From: a virus
Strand: one strand, 5' to 3'
Length of the DNA stretch: 64,000 nucleotides
Virus record (IMG/VR): IMGVR_UViG_3300042907_000878
Location: 1-64,000 of that record
Shown here: one piece after another, positions 1-15,910 of the stretch
Layout of the letters: each line of letters starts with the position of its first letter
How positions within the stretch are numbered: the stretch's first letter is position 1
Position numbers and translations under genes: made by a program
The notes under the pieces: model-generated
Database searches by the model: none
Told to the model about the DNA's origin: nothing
Seen by the model: only the letters and a program-made list of their open reading frames with translations

Positions 1-1795
<1,795 letters not shown>

Positions 1796-1799
<4 letters not shown>

Positions 1800-2494
1800 G
1801 TTTTTCTATACCAACACTAAGAGCATATAGAATTACTACGGGCGGTATAACCCCAGCAGCCCCAACTTTTAGTGTTGGGGTATCATGCAATGGATCTTCT
1901 AGTGTATTAAATGGATTTTTTAGCACTGCAACTGCTGGATCTTCTTTAGTATATACGACAAATGGAAGCGATCCAGTTTATGGGTCTAATGGAACTACAA
2001 TTCCATGCGCAACTGGTTATTTTGTTACTACAACTCCTACATCATGTGAACAACAAAATATTGGGGCCGCTATATGCTCTTCTGGAACAACAACTATAAA
2101 AGCTATTGCATATTTAAGTGGACAATCAAGTAGTGTAGCTACTACTACAGCATGTAGAACTTGTCCGGGTAGTTTAACAGCTCCAACTTCTATTACATCG
2201 AGTTGTCCATTAGGTGGAGGAATGGGATGTAATGGTGGACAAATCTCATTTACAATTTCTGGAGGTGGAGGAGGATGTGCAGTGCTTAGATATACAATCG
2301 CAGAAGGATCTGCTCCTGCTGATCCAACAATAAGTAGCAATAGCGCAACAGAGGGAACTGCGTTTATTTACTACGGAACAACTCCAGCTACTTTCCCTCC
2401 AGTGCAAGTATACATAAAAGCAGCATGGTTTGATCCAAGTTGCAGTTTAGTATCGGCAATTACATCTGCTCAGAATGGATATGTTTATCCTTAA
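1796..2494 (+). CDS. Cys-rich putative fibre-tip protein with two chitobiase-C/Fn3-associated-like modules
   Basis: YTTNGSDP...TTIKAIAY and YTIAEGSAPADP...YIKAAWF motifs; ATGA overlap with the fibre gene; about 10 Cys. Confidence 0.5.
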
Positions 2495-2512
2495 TTAAAA
2501 AAGGCGAAGCTC

Positions 2513-3787
2513 ATGGGAACCTCATATAATCCTAAAATAGTAACAGATGGACTAGTCCTTAACTTAGATCCCGCTAATGTTAAAAGTTATCCAGCGGGTC
2601 AAGACCCTTTTGTTAATAATGTGAGTTTAATGCTTGATGGCGAAAGTCTAATTGACAAAAGCGCAAATGCAAGAACTTTCACTGCCTCGGCAGGAGCGTC
2701 GATTAGCACCGCAAATAAGAAATATGGAAATTCTAGTATATATTGTAATGGAAGTGATAGTTATATTTATAACAGTTCATTTAATAGCTCTTTTAGTGGT
2801 GATTTTACAATTGAATTTTGGGCATATCATAATTCTTTTGGATCTGATAAGGCTTTAATTGCCATAGGAAATGAATCAAGCGGAAGACGTTTAATGTTTA
2901 CAAATAGCAGTGGAAAAGTTGCAGTTGATTTATACGGATTTGGTGTTGTGGGAGTTTTTAATACCACCATATCGACTGGAACTTGGAATCACTATGTATT
3001 AACAAGAAGCGGCACAACGGTAAGATTATTTGTAAATGGAACTTTAGATTCTACTACTATATCAATATCTGGCACTTTTGGTAATGGTAACGGAGTTTAT
3101 ATTGGAGCAGTTTCTACCGCCGCAGTCTCAAGTGATGCGTATTTTGATGATATAAGAATAACTTCGGGAATTTCAAGATATACGGCAAACTTCACGCCTC
3201 CAACAGCTCCGCTATCTTTACCCGGAGTGGTAACTGATTTGACTAAGAATAGATCAATTGCAACGCTTACAAGTGGACCAACCTATAGCAGCGGCGCAAT
3301 AAATCTTGGTGGCACTCCTCAATATCTAGCAATAAATGGTGGAATGCCATCGGGGGCTAGCACTGGATTTACATTTGAGTGTTGGGTTAGAGTGACAGAT
3401 TTATCTAGCTACAGGGCTATTACACGAACCGCTAGTGGGTTAGATATTGGAGTGGATGCAACAACAGGAGTCGTTGGATGTGATCAAACCGGAGTTACAA
3501 GAATATGCGGCACGTCAAGTGGAACTATTGTTGCTGGAGTTTGGACCCATATAGCTGTTACTAGAACCACTGCTAATCTATATACTATATATATTAATGG
3601 AGTATCTAGAGCTACCGGAACTAATTCATTCTCAGTGACTGCTGCTACAACAATAGGGTTTAGCGCATTTAGCACTGCTCACTTTTTTAATGGCAGTATG
3701 AGTATTATTAAGAATTACAATAGGAGCTTATCAGCTAACGAAATCTTACAGAATTTCAATGCGACAAAAGGAAGGTTTGGTCTATGA
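2513..3787 (+). CDS. LamG/concanavalin A-like lectin protein, two domains (putative receptor-binding or decoration protein)
   Basis: GDFTIEFW, WNHYVLTRSG, YFDDIRIT; second domain FTFECWV...WTHIAVTR...YNRSLS. Confidence 0.85.
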   Translation: MGTSYNPKIVTDGLVLNLDPANVKSYPAGQDPFVNNVSLMLDGESLIDKSANARTFTASAGASISTANKKYGNSSIYCNGSDSYIYNSSFNSSFSGDFTIEFWAYHNSFGSDKALIAIGNESSGRRLMFTNSSGKVAVDLYGFGVVGVFNTTISTGTWNHYVLTRSGTTVRLFVNGTLDSTTISISGTFGNGNGVYIGAVSTAAVSSDAYFDDIRITSGISRYTANFTPPTAPLSLPGVVTDLTKNRSIATLTSGPTYSSGAINLGGTPQYLAINGGMPSGASTGFTFECWVRVTDLSSYRAITRTASGLDIGVDATTGVVGCDQTGVTRICGTSSGTIVAGVWTHIAVTRTTANLYTIYINGVSRATGTNSFSVTAATTIGFSAFSTAHFFNGSMSIIKNYNRSLSANEILQNFNATKGRFGL

Positions 3788-4521
3788 GTTTATCACATCA
3801 CCCTAGTATAGTTAAGAATGGATTAGTTGCATATTTTGATGCGGCGAATAAGAAAAGTTATCTGGGAACTGGAACAGTTTGGACTGATTTAACTAAGAAT
3901 AGAGTAGTTGGCACTCTTACCAATACTCCTACTTATAATTCTAGCGGTGGTGGTAGTATAGTATTTACAAGGGCTAGCAATAACTATGTTAGTGTGGGAG
4001 CTTTATCTGGATCTTTTGCTTCATTTTCAGTAATCGTATGGTTTTATGCAACGAATATTGCAAATTATGAAAATGTCTTAGATTGTAATTATGCATATAA
4101 TGGCACTACTGGAAATATTGGTCCAAGACTTGAAATGACTGCTGCTGGAAATTTAGCTTGGGTATATTCAAATATTACAAATAATAATGACTCGTACTAT
4201 TCGCATCCGGTTATTGATAGTGGGATGACTGCAAATTCTTGGCGTTGTGTCGGAATTAGTTATAATAGCAATGGTAATTCTTCTGTCACTTATTTAAATG
4301 GTTTAAATGCTGGAAAATCTAGAGTAACCAGTGGTTCCGCTACCGGATTTATAGCGACCATGAACAATCTAAGAATTGGTCAGGGGTTTAGTTTAAATCC
4401 CCAGACTACTGAAAGAGGATTTGATGGTAGAGTATCTATGGTTCAAATTTACAACAGAGCTTTAACAGCAACTGAAATCCTTCAGAACTACAACGCCACA
4501 AAAGGAAGGTTTGGTTATTAA
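3784..4521 (+). CDS. LamG/ConA-like lectin protein, single domain
   Basis: GLVAYFDAANKKSY N-terminus; FDGRVSMVQIYNRALTATEILQNYNA C-terminus. Confidence 0.85.
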   Translation: MSLSHHPSIVKNGLVAYFDAANKKSYLGTGTVWTDLTKNRVVGTLTNTPTYNSSGGGSIVFTRASNNYVSVGALSGSFASFSVIVWFYATNIANYENVLDCNYAYNGTTGNIGPRLEMTAAGNLAWVYSNITNNNDSYYSHPVIDSGMTANSWRCVGISYNSNGNSSVTYLNGLNAGKSRVTSGSATGFIATMNNLRIGQGFSLNPQTTERGFDGRVSMVQIYNRALTATEILQNYNATKGRFGY

Positions 4522-4540
4522 ACGATGAACGGAGTGAATC

Positions 4541-5896
4541 ATGGGTAATTCTGCTGGACCTAAAATAACTAAAGATGGATTAGTGCTTGACTTTGATGCA
4601 GCAAATCCCAAGAGCTATAATTTCTACGCTGACTCTTATGCTAGTAATGTTAGCTTGCATCTTAAAATGGATGGGGCTAATGGGTCAACTACTTTTACTG
4701 ATTCCAGCCCAAATGCATTGGCAGTGACAGCGGCTGGGAATGCTCAAATTAGCACAACTCAAAGTAAGTATAATGGCACAAGCGCTTATTTTAATGGGTC
4801 TACAGGATATCTGTCGCTAACGGGAAACAGTTCTTTTCAATTTGGGACGGGTGATTTTACAGTTGAAGCGTGGGTCTATATCGCTGCAAATGCAAGTAGC
4901 CAACAGACTTTCTTGGACACTAGAGGTGCAGCTACAGTAGCGCCTTTTACATTTGGGATATATCAGTCAAAATTATTTTTTTATGATGGAACGGTAATTC
5001 AGTCTTCTGCAACAATCACAAGTGGCCAGTGGTATCATTTTGCAGCTTGCAGATCTGCTGGAAACTTGCAGTTATTTATCAATGGAATAAGCTACTATAA
5101 CGCCTCTAACACGACAAATATTACGACTGGCGCGAATAGCATTTATATTGGCAGGGGATTTGATGTAGCGGCGTACTATACAAACGGCTACATTGATGAA
5201 TTGAAAGTCACAAAAGGCGTAGCTCGCTATACATCAGCATTCACATCTCCTCCCATTCCTTCTACTTGTACAGATTTAACTAGAAGTAAAAATGTAGGAA
5301 CTTTAACTGGTGGAGTTGATTATAATTTTTCTAATGGTGGGAGCTTAGCTTTTGCAACCTCTTATGTGTCATCGCCAAGCGCAAACGCATATCAGCTAGG
5401 GGCAAATAATTTTACAATGGAGTCATGGATATATTTAAATGCATATCCACTAGCTAGTAATGGTTTTTATACCGCTATGATCATGTGTAAAGATCAATTG
5501 GGTTCTAGAGGATTTAATTTTTCAATAACAGGAAGTAGTTCAGCTAATACAGCATTACTTTTTGGTGGATTTAGTGATAATTCAACAGCTCAGAGTGCTG
5601 CTCCATCTTTTCCATTCCAATTAAATACTTGGTATCACGTAGCAGCTTCTAGAATTGGAAATCTTTTATATATGTATGTAAATGGTAATTTACTAAATGC
5701 TGGAGGAACTTCTTTTACAACAACAATACAAAGCACAACTTCTGAAGTTAGAATAGGCGCTCAAGTATATAGCGGTGGATATAACTACTATGTTAATGGT
5801 AGAATAGCAATAATGAAATTATATAATGGTAAAGGATTAACTTCCGCAGAAGTATATAATAACTTCGTAGCTAATCGTGGTCGATTTGGTGTATAA
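4541..5896 (+). CDS. LamG/ConA-like lectin protein, two domains
   Basis: GDFTVEAWVY, WYHFAACR, GYIDELKVTKGVARY; second domain FTMESWIY...WYHVAASR. Confidence 0.85.
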   Translation: MGNSAGPKITKDGLVLDFDAANPKSYNFYADSYASNVSLHLKMDGANGSTTFTDSSPNALAVTAAGNAQISTTQSKYNGTSAYFNGSTGYLSLTGNSSFQFGTGDFTVEAWVYIAANASSQQTFLDTRGAATVAPFTFGIYQSKLFFYDGTVIQSSATITSGQWYHFAACRSAGNLQLFINGISYYNASNTTNITTGANSIYIGRGFDVAAYYTNGYIDELKVTKGVARYTSAFTSPPIPSTCTDLTRSKNVGTLTGGVDYNFSNGGSLAFATSYVSSPSANAYQLGANNFTMESWIYLNAYPLASNGFYTAMIMCKDQLGSRGFNFSITGSSSANTALLFGGFSDNSTAQSAAPSFPFQLNTWYHVAASRIGNLLYMYVNGNLLNAGGTSFTTTIQSTTSEVRIGAQVYSGGYNYYVNGRIAIMKLYNGKGLTSAEVYNNFVANRGRFGV

Positions 5897-5923
5897 TATA
5901 ATAGAAAAGAGGTGTAAAAACAC

Positions 5924-6886
5924 ATGGCTATACTTTCAATTTACATTCCTGACGATAGCGCGACTCGCGTATTTGATGCTATCGCGGCGAATTATCGTTA
6001 TCAACCAACTGTGTCCAATCCAGTTGCAGGACAAAATATAATCACATGGGCGAGTGATACGGGCGTTTTGTTATCGCTTGCGAGCGGGGTTGGTTATGTG
6101 GGCGATCTGCCCGGAACTAAAGCTCCAGATTACACAATATACCCAGACTCTGGGAATTTACTTGGTGTTGGTCAAAGTGTTGGGTATGCTGGAAGCGGAT
6201 TGCCTGATCCTATTGAGCTACCATTTGTTTATAATTCAGAAACATCTACTACGGGCGTTATCATTCCGGGGCCAATTACACCAGTAGTTAATCCTTTTAC
6301 ATTGCAATATGGGCCAAGCGGACAAATCGTTGGAACTGGTGTTATCACTGGCCAGCATCCACAAATGATATCAAATCCCGAAACTAAAGCAATGTTCGCA
6401 AATGGGATAGTTCGTGGATTCCTAGCAGAGCATACACAAGTTTATGAGTTAGACTTAGCTCGTAAAGCCGCAGAAGCAGTTGCAAATGGAACAACTTCAG
6501 TGTCAGTAGATGATGGGGCAACAGCAACCGTTTATGATTACCTTATGGTTTGTTTACAGCCAGCCAAGGCCCAATACGATGGCCTCGCTTCTATTATCTC
6601 GCCGGGCAACTCATTTAGTATTCCTTTGTCTGCAACTGGATCTTCTCCAGCTACCCACTACGGTTTAGCGGCTGGTATCACAGAAACTGCTCGTCAACAA
6701 CTATTAGTTCTTGAATTAGCTGGTGGCACAACTACTGGTGGCGTTCAAACAATGTTCTATGTTAGATGTCATCCACAAACTCATGTCGCCCAAGCAACCA
6801 ATATATCGGGTTTTGATATAGTTGGCAAGAATTGTACATTCTCTGGTCTATTAGCCCATCTTGGACTTACAGAAATATCGGAGTAA
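5924..6886 (+). CDS. Hypothetical virion-associated protein
   Basis: 320-aa ORF with RBS-like GAGG, inside the fibre cluster, Gly/Ser/Thr rich. Confidence 0.55.
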   Translation: MAILSIYIPDDSATRVFDAIAANYRYQPTVSNPVAGQNIITWASDTGVLLSLASGVGYVGDLPGTKAPDYTIYPDSGNLLGVGQSVGYAGSGLPDPIELPFVYNSETSTTGVIIPGPITPVVNPFTLQYGPSGQIVGTGVITGQHPQMISNPETKAMFANGIVRGFLAEHTQVYELDLARKAAEAVANGTTSVSVDDGATATVYDYLMVCLQPAKAQYDGLASIISPGNSFSIPLSATGSSPATHYGLAAGITETARQQLLVLELAGGTTTGGVQTMFYVRCHPQTHVAQATNISGFDIVGKNCTFSGLLAHLGLTEISE

Positions 6887-11274
<4,388 letters not shown>

Positions 11275-11293
11275 TAATATAGAATTAAATTAA

Positions 11294-11683
11294 ATGCTAT
11301 CATTCCTACCACTCTCAACAACCCCATTATCATCATTAGGTGGAATTAGCCCACTTTATGTGTCTGCGATATTCAATGCCGAAGGCAATTTAGACCTGTC
11401 GCCAACTATAAGACTCTACGAATCAGCGAGTTTTGACTGTTTTGCAAATTTCGAAGCTAGTTTATACGCAGTACGTCAGATAAATGTGTATTATACTGTA
11501 TACGTAACTACAGATAAAAATCACATAATGACATTAAATACAAACGATCTTGAAGTTTTATACAGAGCCTCTGATTACACTTCAAATTTCTATGTAAGTA
11601 CAGATTTAAATTACCAACTCGCATTAACTCAATCACTAGATTTACTACTATATGCAGTAAAGGAAACTCAAGATGGCTTCTGA
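11294..11683 (+). CDS. Hypothetical virion protein
   Basis: N-terminus MLSFLPLSTTPLSS resembles fibre-associated phage proteins. Confidence 0.5.
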   Translation: MLSFLPLSTTPLSSLGGISPLYVSAIFNAEGNLDLSPTIRLYESASFDCFANFEASLYAVRQINVYYTVYVTTDKNHIMTLNTNDLEVLYRASDYTSNFYVSTDLNYQLALTQSLDLLLYAVKETQDGF

Positions 11684-11978
11684 AATACACTATGGTGATA
11701 TTGGAGTTAACTTTAATATAACGGTTATGAATGATACGGTTCCATTAGACGTTTCTAATGCTGATGATATATACATTATATTTCAAAAACCCGATAGTAG
11801 CGATCTTACCAAGACAGCCTCTCTTACCACAAATGGCACAGATGGCAAAATAAAATACACTACAGTCGCGGGCGATCTCGATCAAATTGGGACTTGGCAA
11901 ATCCAAGCTAGAGTAGACTTCGGGGCCAGCGTCTTTTCTACAGATATTCAAAAATTTAAAGTCTATAGGAATATATAA
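11673..11978 (+). CDS. BppU N-terminal-like Ig-fold virion protein
   Basis: GDIG..F.ITV...PLD...FQKPD...DG.IKY...DLDQ.G.W..Q pattern. Confidence 0.6.
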   Translation: MASEIHYGDIGVNFNITVMNDTVPLDVSNADDIYIIFQKPDSSDLTKTASLTTNGTDGKIKYTTVAGDLDQIGTWQIQARVDFGASVFSTDIQKFKVYRNI

Positions 11979-11979
11979 T

Positions 11980-12504
11980 ATGGCATGGGAAAATGAAATG
12001 GTAATTATAGTTAGACACATTATTGACGATCTAGATTCAACAGCTTATCAATTTTCAGATAGTAGAATTGAAGAAGCTATTCTAGTTGCAGCTCAATTAA
12101 TACATAACGAGATGGAATTCAATGTAGATTATAATATAGAAGTTGATAACGGTTCTTTAACTCCTGATCCAACAACCACAGCAGTTGGTTCAAGTAATAA
12201 AGATGATGATTTTATTGCGCTTTGCTGTTTAAGATGCGGCCTATTATTTACTGGCAGTCAGCTAAAAACTTATTCACTTAAGGCGATTGCTATTCGTGAT
12301 GGGGCTTCATCATTAGACATGCGTGGCGTTATTGTTGGATTAAAAGCTTTACACGATGATCTAACTAAAAAATACGAAGCTGTTAAACTAGATTATCAAA
12401 CTGCAAAACTTGGACTTGGAAAAGTTATTCTTTCACCATATTCACCGGGTTCAGATTCTGCAAACCGTGGCTATATCGATTACCGCGCTGGCTACTTTAT
12501 GTAA
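11980..12504 (+). CDS. Putative head-tail adaptor/connector
   Basis: VRHIIDD...YQFSDSRI pattern; position before the neck/tail genes. Confidence 0.55.
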   Translation: MAWENEMVIIVRHIIDDLDSTAYQFSDSRIEEAILVAAQLIHNEMEFNVDYNIEVDNGSLTPDPTTTAVGSSNKDDDFIALCCLRCGLLFTGSQLKTYSLKAIAIRDGASSLDMRGVIVGLKALHDDLTKKYEAVKLDYQTAKLGLGKVILSPYSPGSDSANRGYIDYRAGYFM

Positions 12505-12515
12505 TAGGAGAAAAA

Positions 12516-12728
12516 ATGGCAGACGTTACACAAAAAATTATTTCGGGCAATGCCCAACCTACAGATGGTAGAATAGTTTTACAATCATATTTAGCAAATC
12601 CGTCCGGTATCAAGTTAAATCCAATTATAACAAGAGGATTAACAGTCGCCCAGATGGAAACTAGTTATACCGATAGATTCGACCATCCTCGCTACTATAC
12701 TTCAACACCTTCTGGATTAGCAGAATAA
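12516..12728 (+). CDS. Small hypothetical protein
   Basis: 70 aa, strong RBS AGGAG. Confidence 0.6.
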   Translation: MADVTQKIISGNAQPTDGRIVLQSYLANPSGIKLNPIITRGLTVAQMETSYTDRFDHPRYYTSTPSGLAE

Positions 12729-12729
12729 C

Positions 12730-13233
12730 ATGGCACTATCTATTCCATCTGATATATTTAGCATTTACAATGAAGCCGTAGATAATATTTGGGCTAAATC
12801 TGTAACTTTTGTATATCCAGAGGTTAGACAAGAGTGTCCAAATTGCTCATTTAATGGATATAAATCCAATGGTGTTTATAAAAACGGTGGGCCATACCCT
12901 TTTGATAATGGATCTCTGTGTCCATATTGTAATGGAGATGGATACAAAATGATTGAGGCAACGGAAAGCACAACGGCCCGCATTTACTACAGTAGAAAAG
13001 ACTGGACTGATGTTGGGTTTCCCGTTAACATTTCTAATGCCAGCGCCCAAATAGTATTCAAAATGACAGATTTGCCAAAAGTACAAAAGGCTAAGTATAT
13101 TATTCCTGAATATTACACAGGTATAAATTCATATCAAAATCAAGCATTAGTTAGAGTTGGCGAATATTATCCACAAGGATTTACTCAAAATCCTACAAAG
13201 TATGTTATTACCTTTTGGGCTGCAAATGTCTAA
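12730..13233 (+). CDS. Putative head-closure/neck protein with Zn-finger insert
   Basis: CPNC...CPYCNGDG; synteny. Confidence 0.5.
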   Translation: MALSIPSDIFSIYNEAVDNIWAKSVTFVYPEVRQECPNCSFNGYKSNGVYKNGGPYPFDNGSLCPYCNGDGYKMIEATESTTARIYYSRKDWTDVGFPVNISNASAQIVFKMTDLPKVQKAKYIIPEYYTGINSYQNQALVRVGEYYPQGFTQNPTKYVITFWAANV

Positions 13234-13849
13234 TTTAAAATTAAAAATAATTGATTCAAATTCAAAAATTGAAAAATCTATTTTAGGAGCTTCTGAGACT
13301 GAAATAAAAAATATATTTCAAAAAGCAAAAACTAAAATACATGCAGAAATTATTAATTTAATGATTAAAGCGCTTTCAGATTCGCCCGAAATACTGTCAC
13401 TCCAGTCTGGATCTTTAAAATACGATTTCGGCTTAAACTTTGATCCTACCCAAGAGATTATTTACGCAGTTGCTAATTCTACATACGTATATTTTAAAAA
13501 TTTTAGATTTAATAAAAATAGCGTAACTAATATTTTGAGTGTTTATATTCAACCAGAAGACTTTAGAAATTTATTAAATTCTGGATCTGCTCAGGTTATT
13601 ACATCAGACGGCGTTGTTATACCTTGGTTATATTGGTTATTAACTGCTGGCGATGCAGTTGTAGTAACACAATATCATGTTGATTATGGTTCATATAACG
13701 CTAGTAGATCTGGTGGAGCCATTATGAAACCGGGCGGTGTTTTTAAAGTGGATTCAGAGTTCTCTGGTACTGTTGATGATAATTTTATTACTCGCGCAAT
13801 AAAAGGATATGAAAGTCAAATCACAGATATTATAAGGACTAGTTTATGA
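13226..13849 (+). CDS. Putative neck/tail-completion protein
   Basis: ATG at 13226 overlaps the upstream gene end (preferred over 13157); synteny. Confidence 0.45.
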   Translation: MSNLKLKIIDSNSKIEKSILGASETEIKNIFQKAKTKIHAEIINLMIKALSDSPEILSLQSGSLKYDFGLNFDPTQEIIYAVANSTYVYFKNFRFNKNSVTNILSVYIQPEDFRNLLNSGSAQVITSDGVVIPWLYWLLTAGDAVVVTQYHVDYGSYNASRSGGAIMKPGGVFKVDSEFSGTVDDNFITRAIKGYESQITDIIRTSL

Positions 13850-14814
13850 GTTATGACGCCGGATTAAGAGGAGTTACAAACACCCAAGATGCTGCCTTAT
13901 CTAATATATTACTGGATAATTTTATTCAGTTTTATGATTGGGGATTTTTAGATAAAGGTGGTTATATAAATATAAACACTCCTGCATCTGGAATGTATGG
14001 CGGCAATAAACACTTATTAAAGTCTGTAGATGACCCAAATTACGCAGCTAATCAAGTATGGCAATCCTATCGTGAAAACTGGGTTTGGGAAACTGGAGTC
14101 AGTAGAAGCACTCAACCGATCTCCATATCTGGTATAACAAGAAATGGAACTTTTCTTCCTTTTGCATATAATCCAACTTCTGGATATTATGTTGGGAGTG
14201 GCTATAGAGTAGAGTATCCAAATGGGCGAGTTGTATTCAATTCCCCAATCCCAGCAACATCTGTTGTCTCGGCTAATTATTCTCATAAATGGGTCAGAGT
14301 TGATAGAGCTGAGGGTGTTCCATTTTTTAGACAAATACAACAAGCTTCATTTAGACTAGATCAGAATTTCTTTACAGGATCTGGTGAATATGTTCAGTTA
14401 GGCCAGACTCGCGTTCAATTACCCGCAGTATTTATAGAAACACCAACTCGCAGAAACTATAGCCCATTTCAACTTGGCGGGGGGCAATGGGCGCATACAG
14501 ACATGGTAGTTTATGTCATTGCAGAAAATTCTTCAACATGCGCAGATATATTAGATATGATATCTTATCAGAATGATAGAGATATTAAGCTTTTTGATTT
14601 AAACGGTGTATATAAGAGTGGAGATTTTGCAATTAATTATCGCGGAGACTTAGTAAATAAAAGTAAAAATTACCCAGCTCTGTTAAATGATCACTTTTTT
14701 AGCAATTGTCGAATACACAACACGCAGATAAATAATGTTGTACAATTAACTTACTCATTATACCTCGGCACTGCTAAATTTTCAACTCAATTAGAAATGT
14801 CTAGTTTACCTTAA
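13846..14814 (+). CDS. Putative tail terminator/completion protein
   Basis: RVQLPAVFIE...FQLGGG motif; directly upstream of the tail tube gene. Confidence 0.5.
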   Translation: MSYDAGLRGVTNTQDAALSNILLDNFIQFYDWGFLDKGGYININTPASGMYGGNKHLLKSVDDPNYAANQVWQSYRENWVWETGVSRSTQPISISGITRNGTFLPFAYNPTSGYYVGSGYRVEYPNGRVVFNSPIPATSVVSANYSHKWVRVDRAEGVPFFRQIQQASFRLDQNFFTGSGEYVQLGQTRVQLPAVFIETPTRRNYSPFQLGGGQWAHTDMVVYVIAENSSTCADILDMISYQNDRDIKLFDLNGVYKSGDFAINYRGDLVNKSKNYPALLNDHFFSNCRIHNTQINNVVQLTYSLYLGTAKFSTQLEMSSLP

Positions 14815-14825
14815 GGAGATTTTAA

Positions 14826-15884
14826 ATGCCTAATAATCGTATTTTTTATGCAGTTCAAGCCGTGGGTATCGGTCAGTCACCCACAGCTTCTGGTAGTATC
14901 GCCTCTGAAGGCAGTGGCTTTCGCTGGATGAAGGGTGTTCAAAGTGTTGGTATTACTACAAACTTCAATCTAGAACAAGCCTTTGAACTTGGTCAGCTTG
15001 AAATTTATCAAAATATCGAAAACGTACCTGAAATTGAAGTCACAATTGAAAAAGTTATTGACGGTCGTCACCTTCTATATCTTCAATCAGTTGGACATCA
15101 AGGCACGGGAAATATCGTAGCTGCCGCTGCTAATACAGCGGACGTATGGTTAACAATTTTTCCAGATACAAGCTCAGCAGTTAGTGGCTCAAGTCCAGAG
15201 GCACTTGTTTATTGCTCAGGTATGTATATCAGTAATGTGGCCTATACATTCCCAGTTGATGGCAATTCAACAGAAAGTATTACGCTTGTTGGCAACGACA
15301 AGATATTCTATGCTGGTTCTGCTTATGGTGGCAGTTTAAATACCGGATTTGCTACAATTACGCAAACTCCACACGCCCCAAATACAAACGTAGCTAGAAG
15401 ACAACACTTTAACTCAAGTTTAAGTTCGATTCCATCAACAGTAGCCGGGGCTATTCGTGGTGGAGTTGGCAATATCCAAAACATTAATATCTCCGCTGAC
15501 TTTGGTCGTGAAAATATTTTTGAACTTGGAAGTTTTAGACCATACTACAAATTTGCCACATATCCAATTTCAGTTACTTGTGATTTTGAAGTTGTGTCAA
15601 TTTCTGGAGACAAGGTATCTGCAAGTGGTGACGCTCAAAACTTAACAGACGAAACAATCAAAGTTGTTTATGATGTTAATGGAACCTCTGTAACTGGTGG
15701 TCAACTAACAATTGATCTTGGATCTAAAGCCAAATTGACCAGTGTAAATTATACTGGCGGCGATACTGGAGGAGGAAATGCCAGTGTTACATATTCATAC
15801 CAAACCTTTAATAAGTTATTAATTTCTGATAGCTATGCTGGTAATGGTAGTAACCATGGTGGTAGTGGTCAGTACTGGTTATAA
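14826..15884 (+). CDS. Major tail tube protein
   Basis: Strong RBS AAGGAG; duplicated tube-fold motifs (GVQSVGITTNFNLEQAFELG / IQNINISADFGRENIFELG); lies upstream of chaperones and TMP. Confidence 0.7.
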   Translation: MPNNRIFYAVQAVGIGQSPTASGSIASEGSGFRWMKGVQSVGITTNFNLEQAFELGQLEIYQNIENVPEIEVTIEKVIDGRHLLYLQSVGHQGTGNIVAAAANTADVWLTIFPDTSSAVSGSSPEALVYCSGMYISNVAYTFPVDGNSTESITLVGNDKIFYAGSAYGGSLNTGFATITQTPHAPNTNVARRQHFNSSLSSIPSTVAGAIRGGVGNIQNINISADFGRENIFELGSFRPYYKFATYPISVTCDFEVVSISGDKVSASGDAQNLTDETIKVVYDVNGTSVTGGQLTIDLGSKAKLTSVNYTGGDTGGGNASVTYSYQTFNKLLISDSYAGNGSNHGGSGQYWL

Positions 15885-15910
15885 GCATAAATTATGATTA
15901 GGATTATAGG

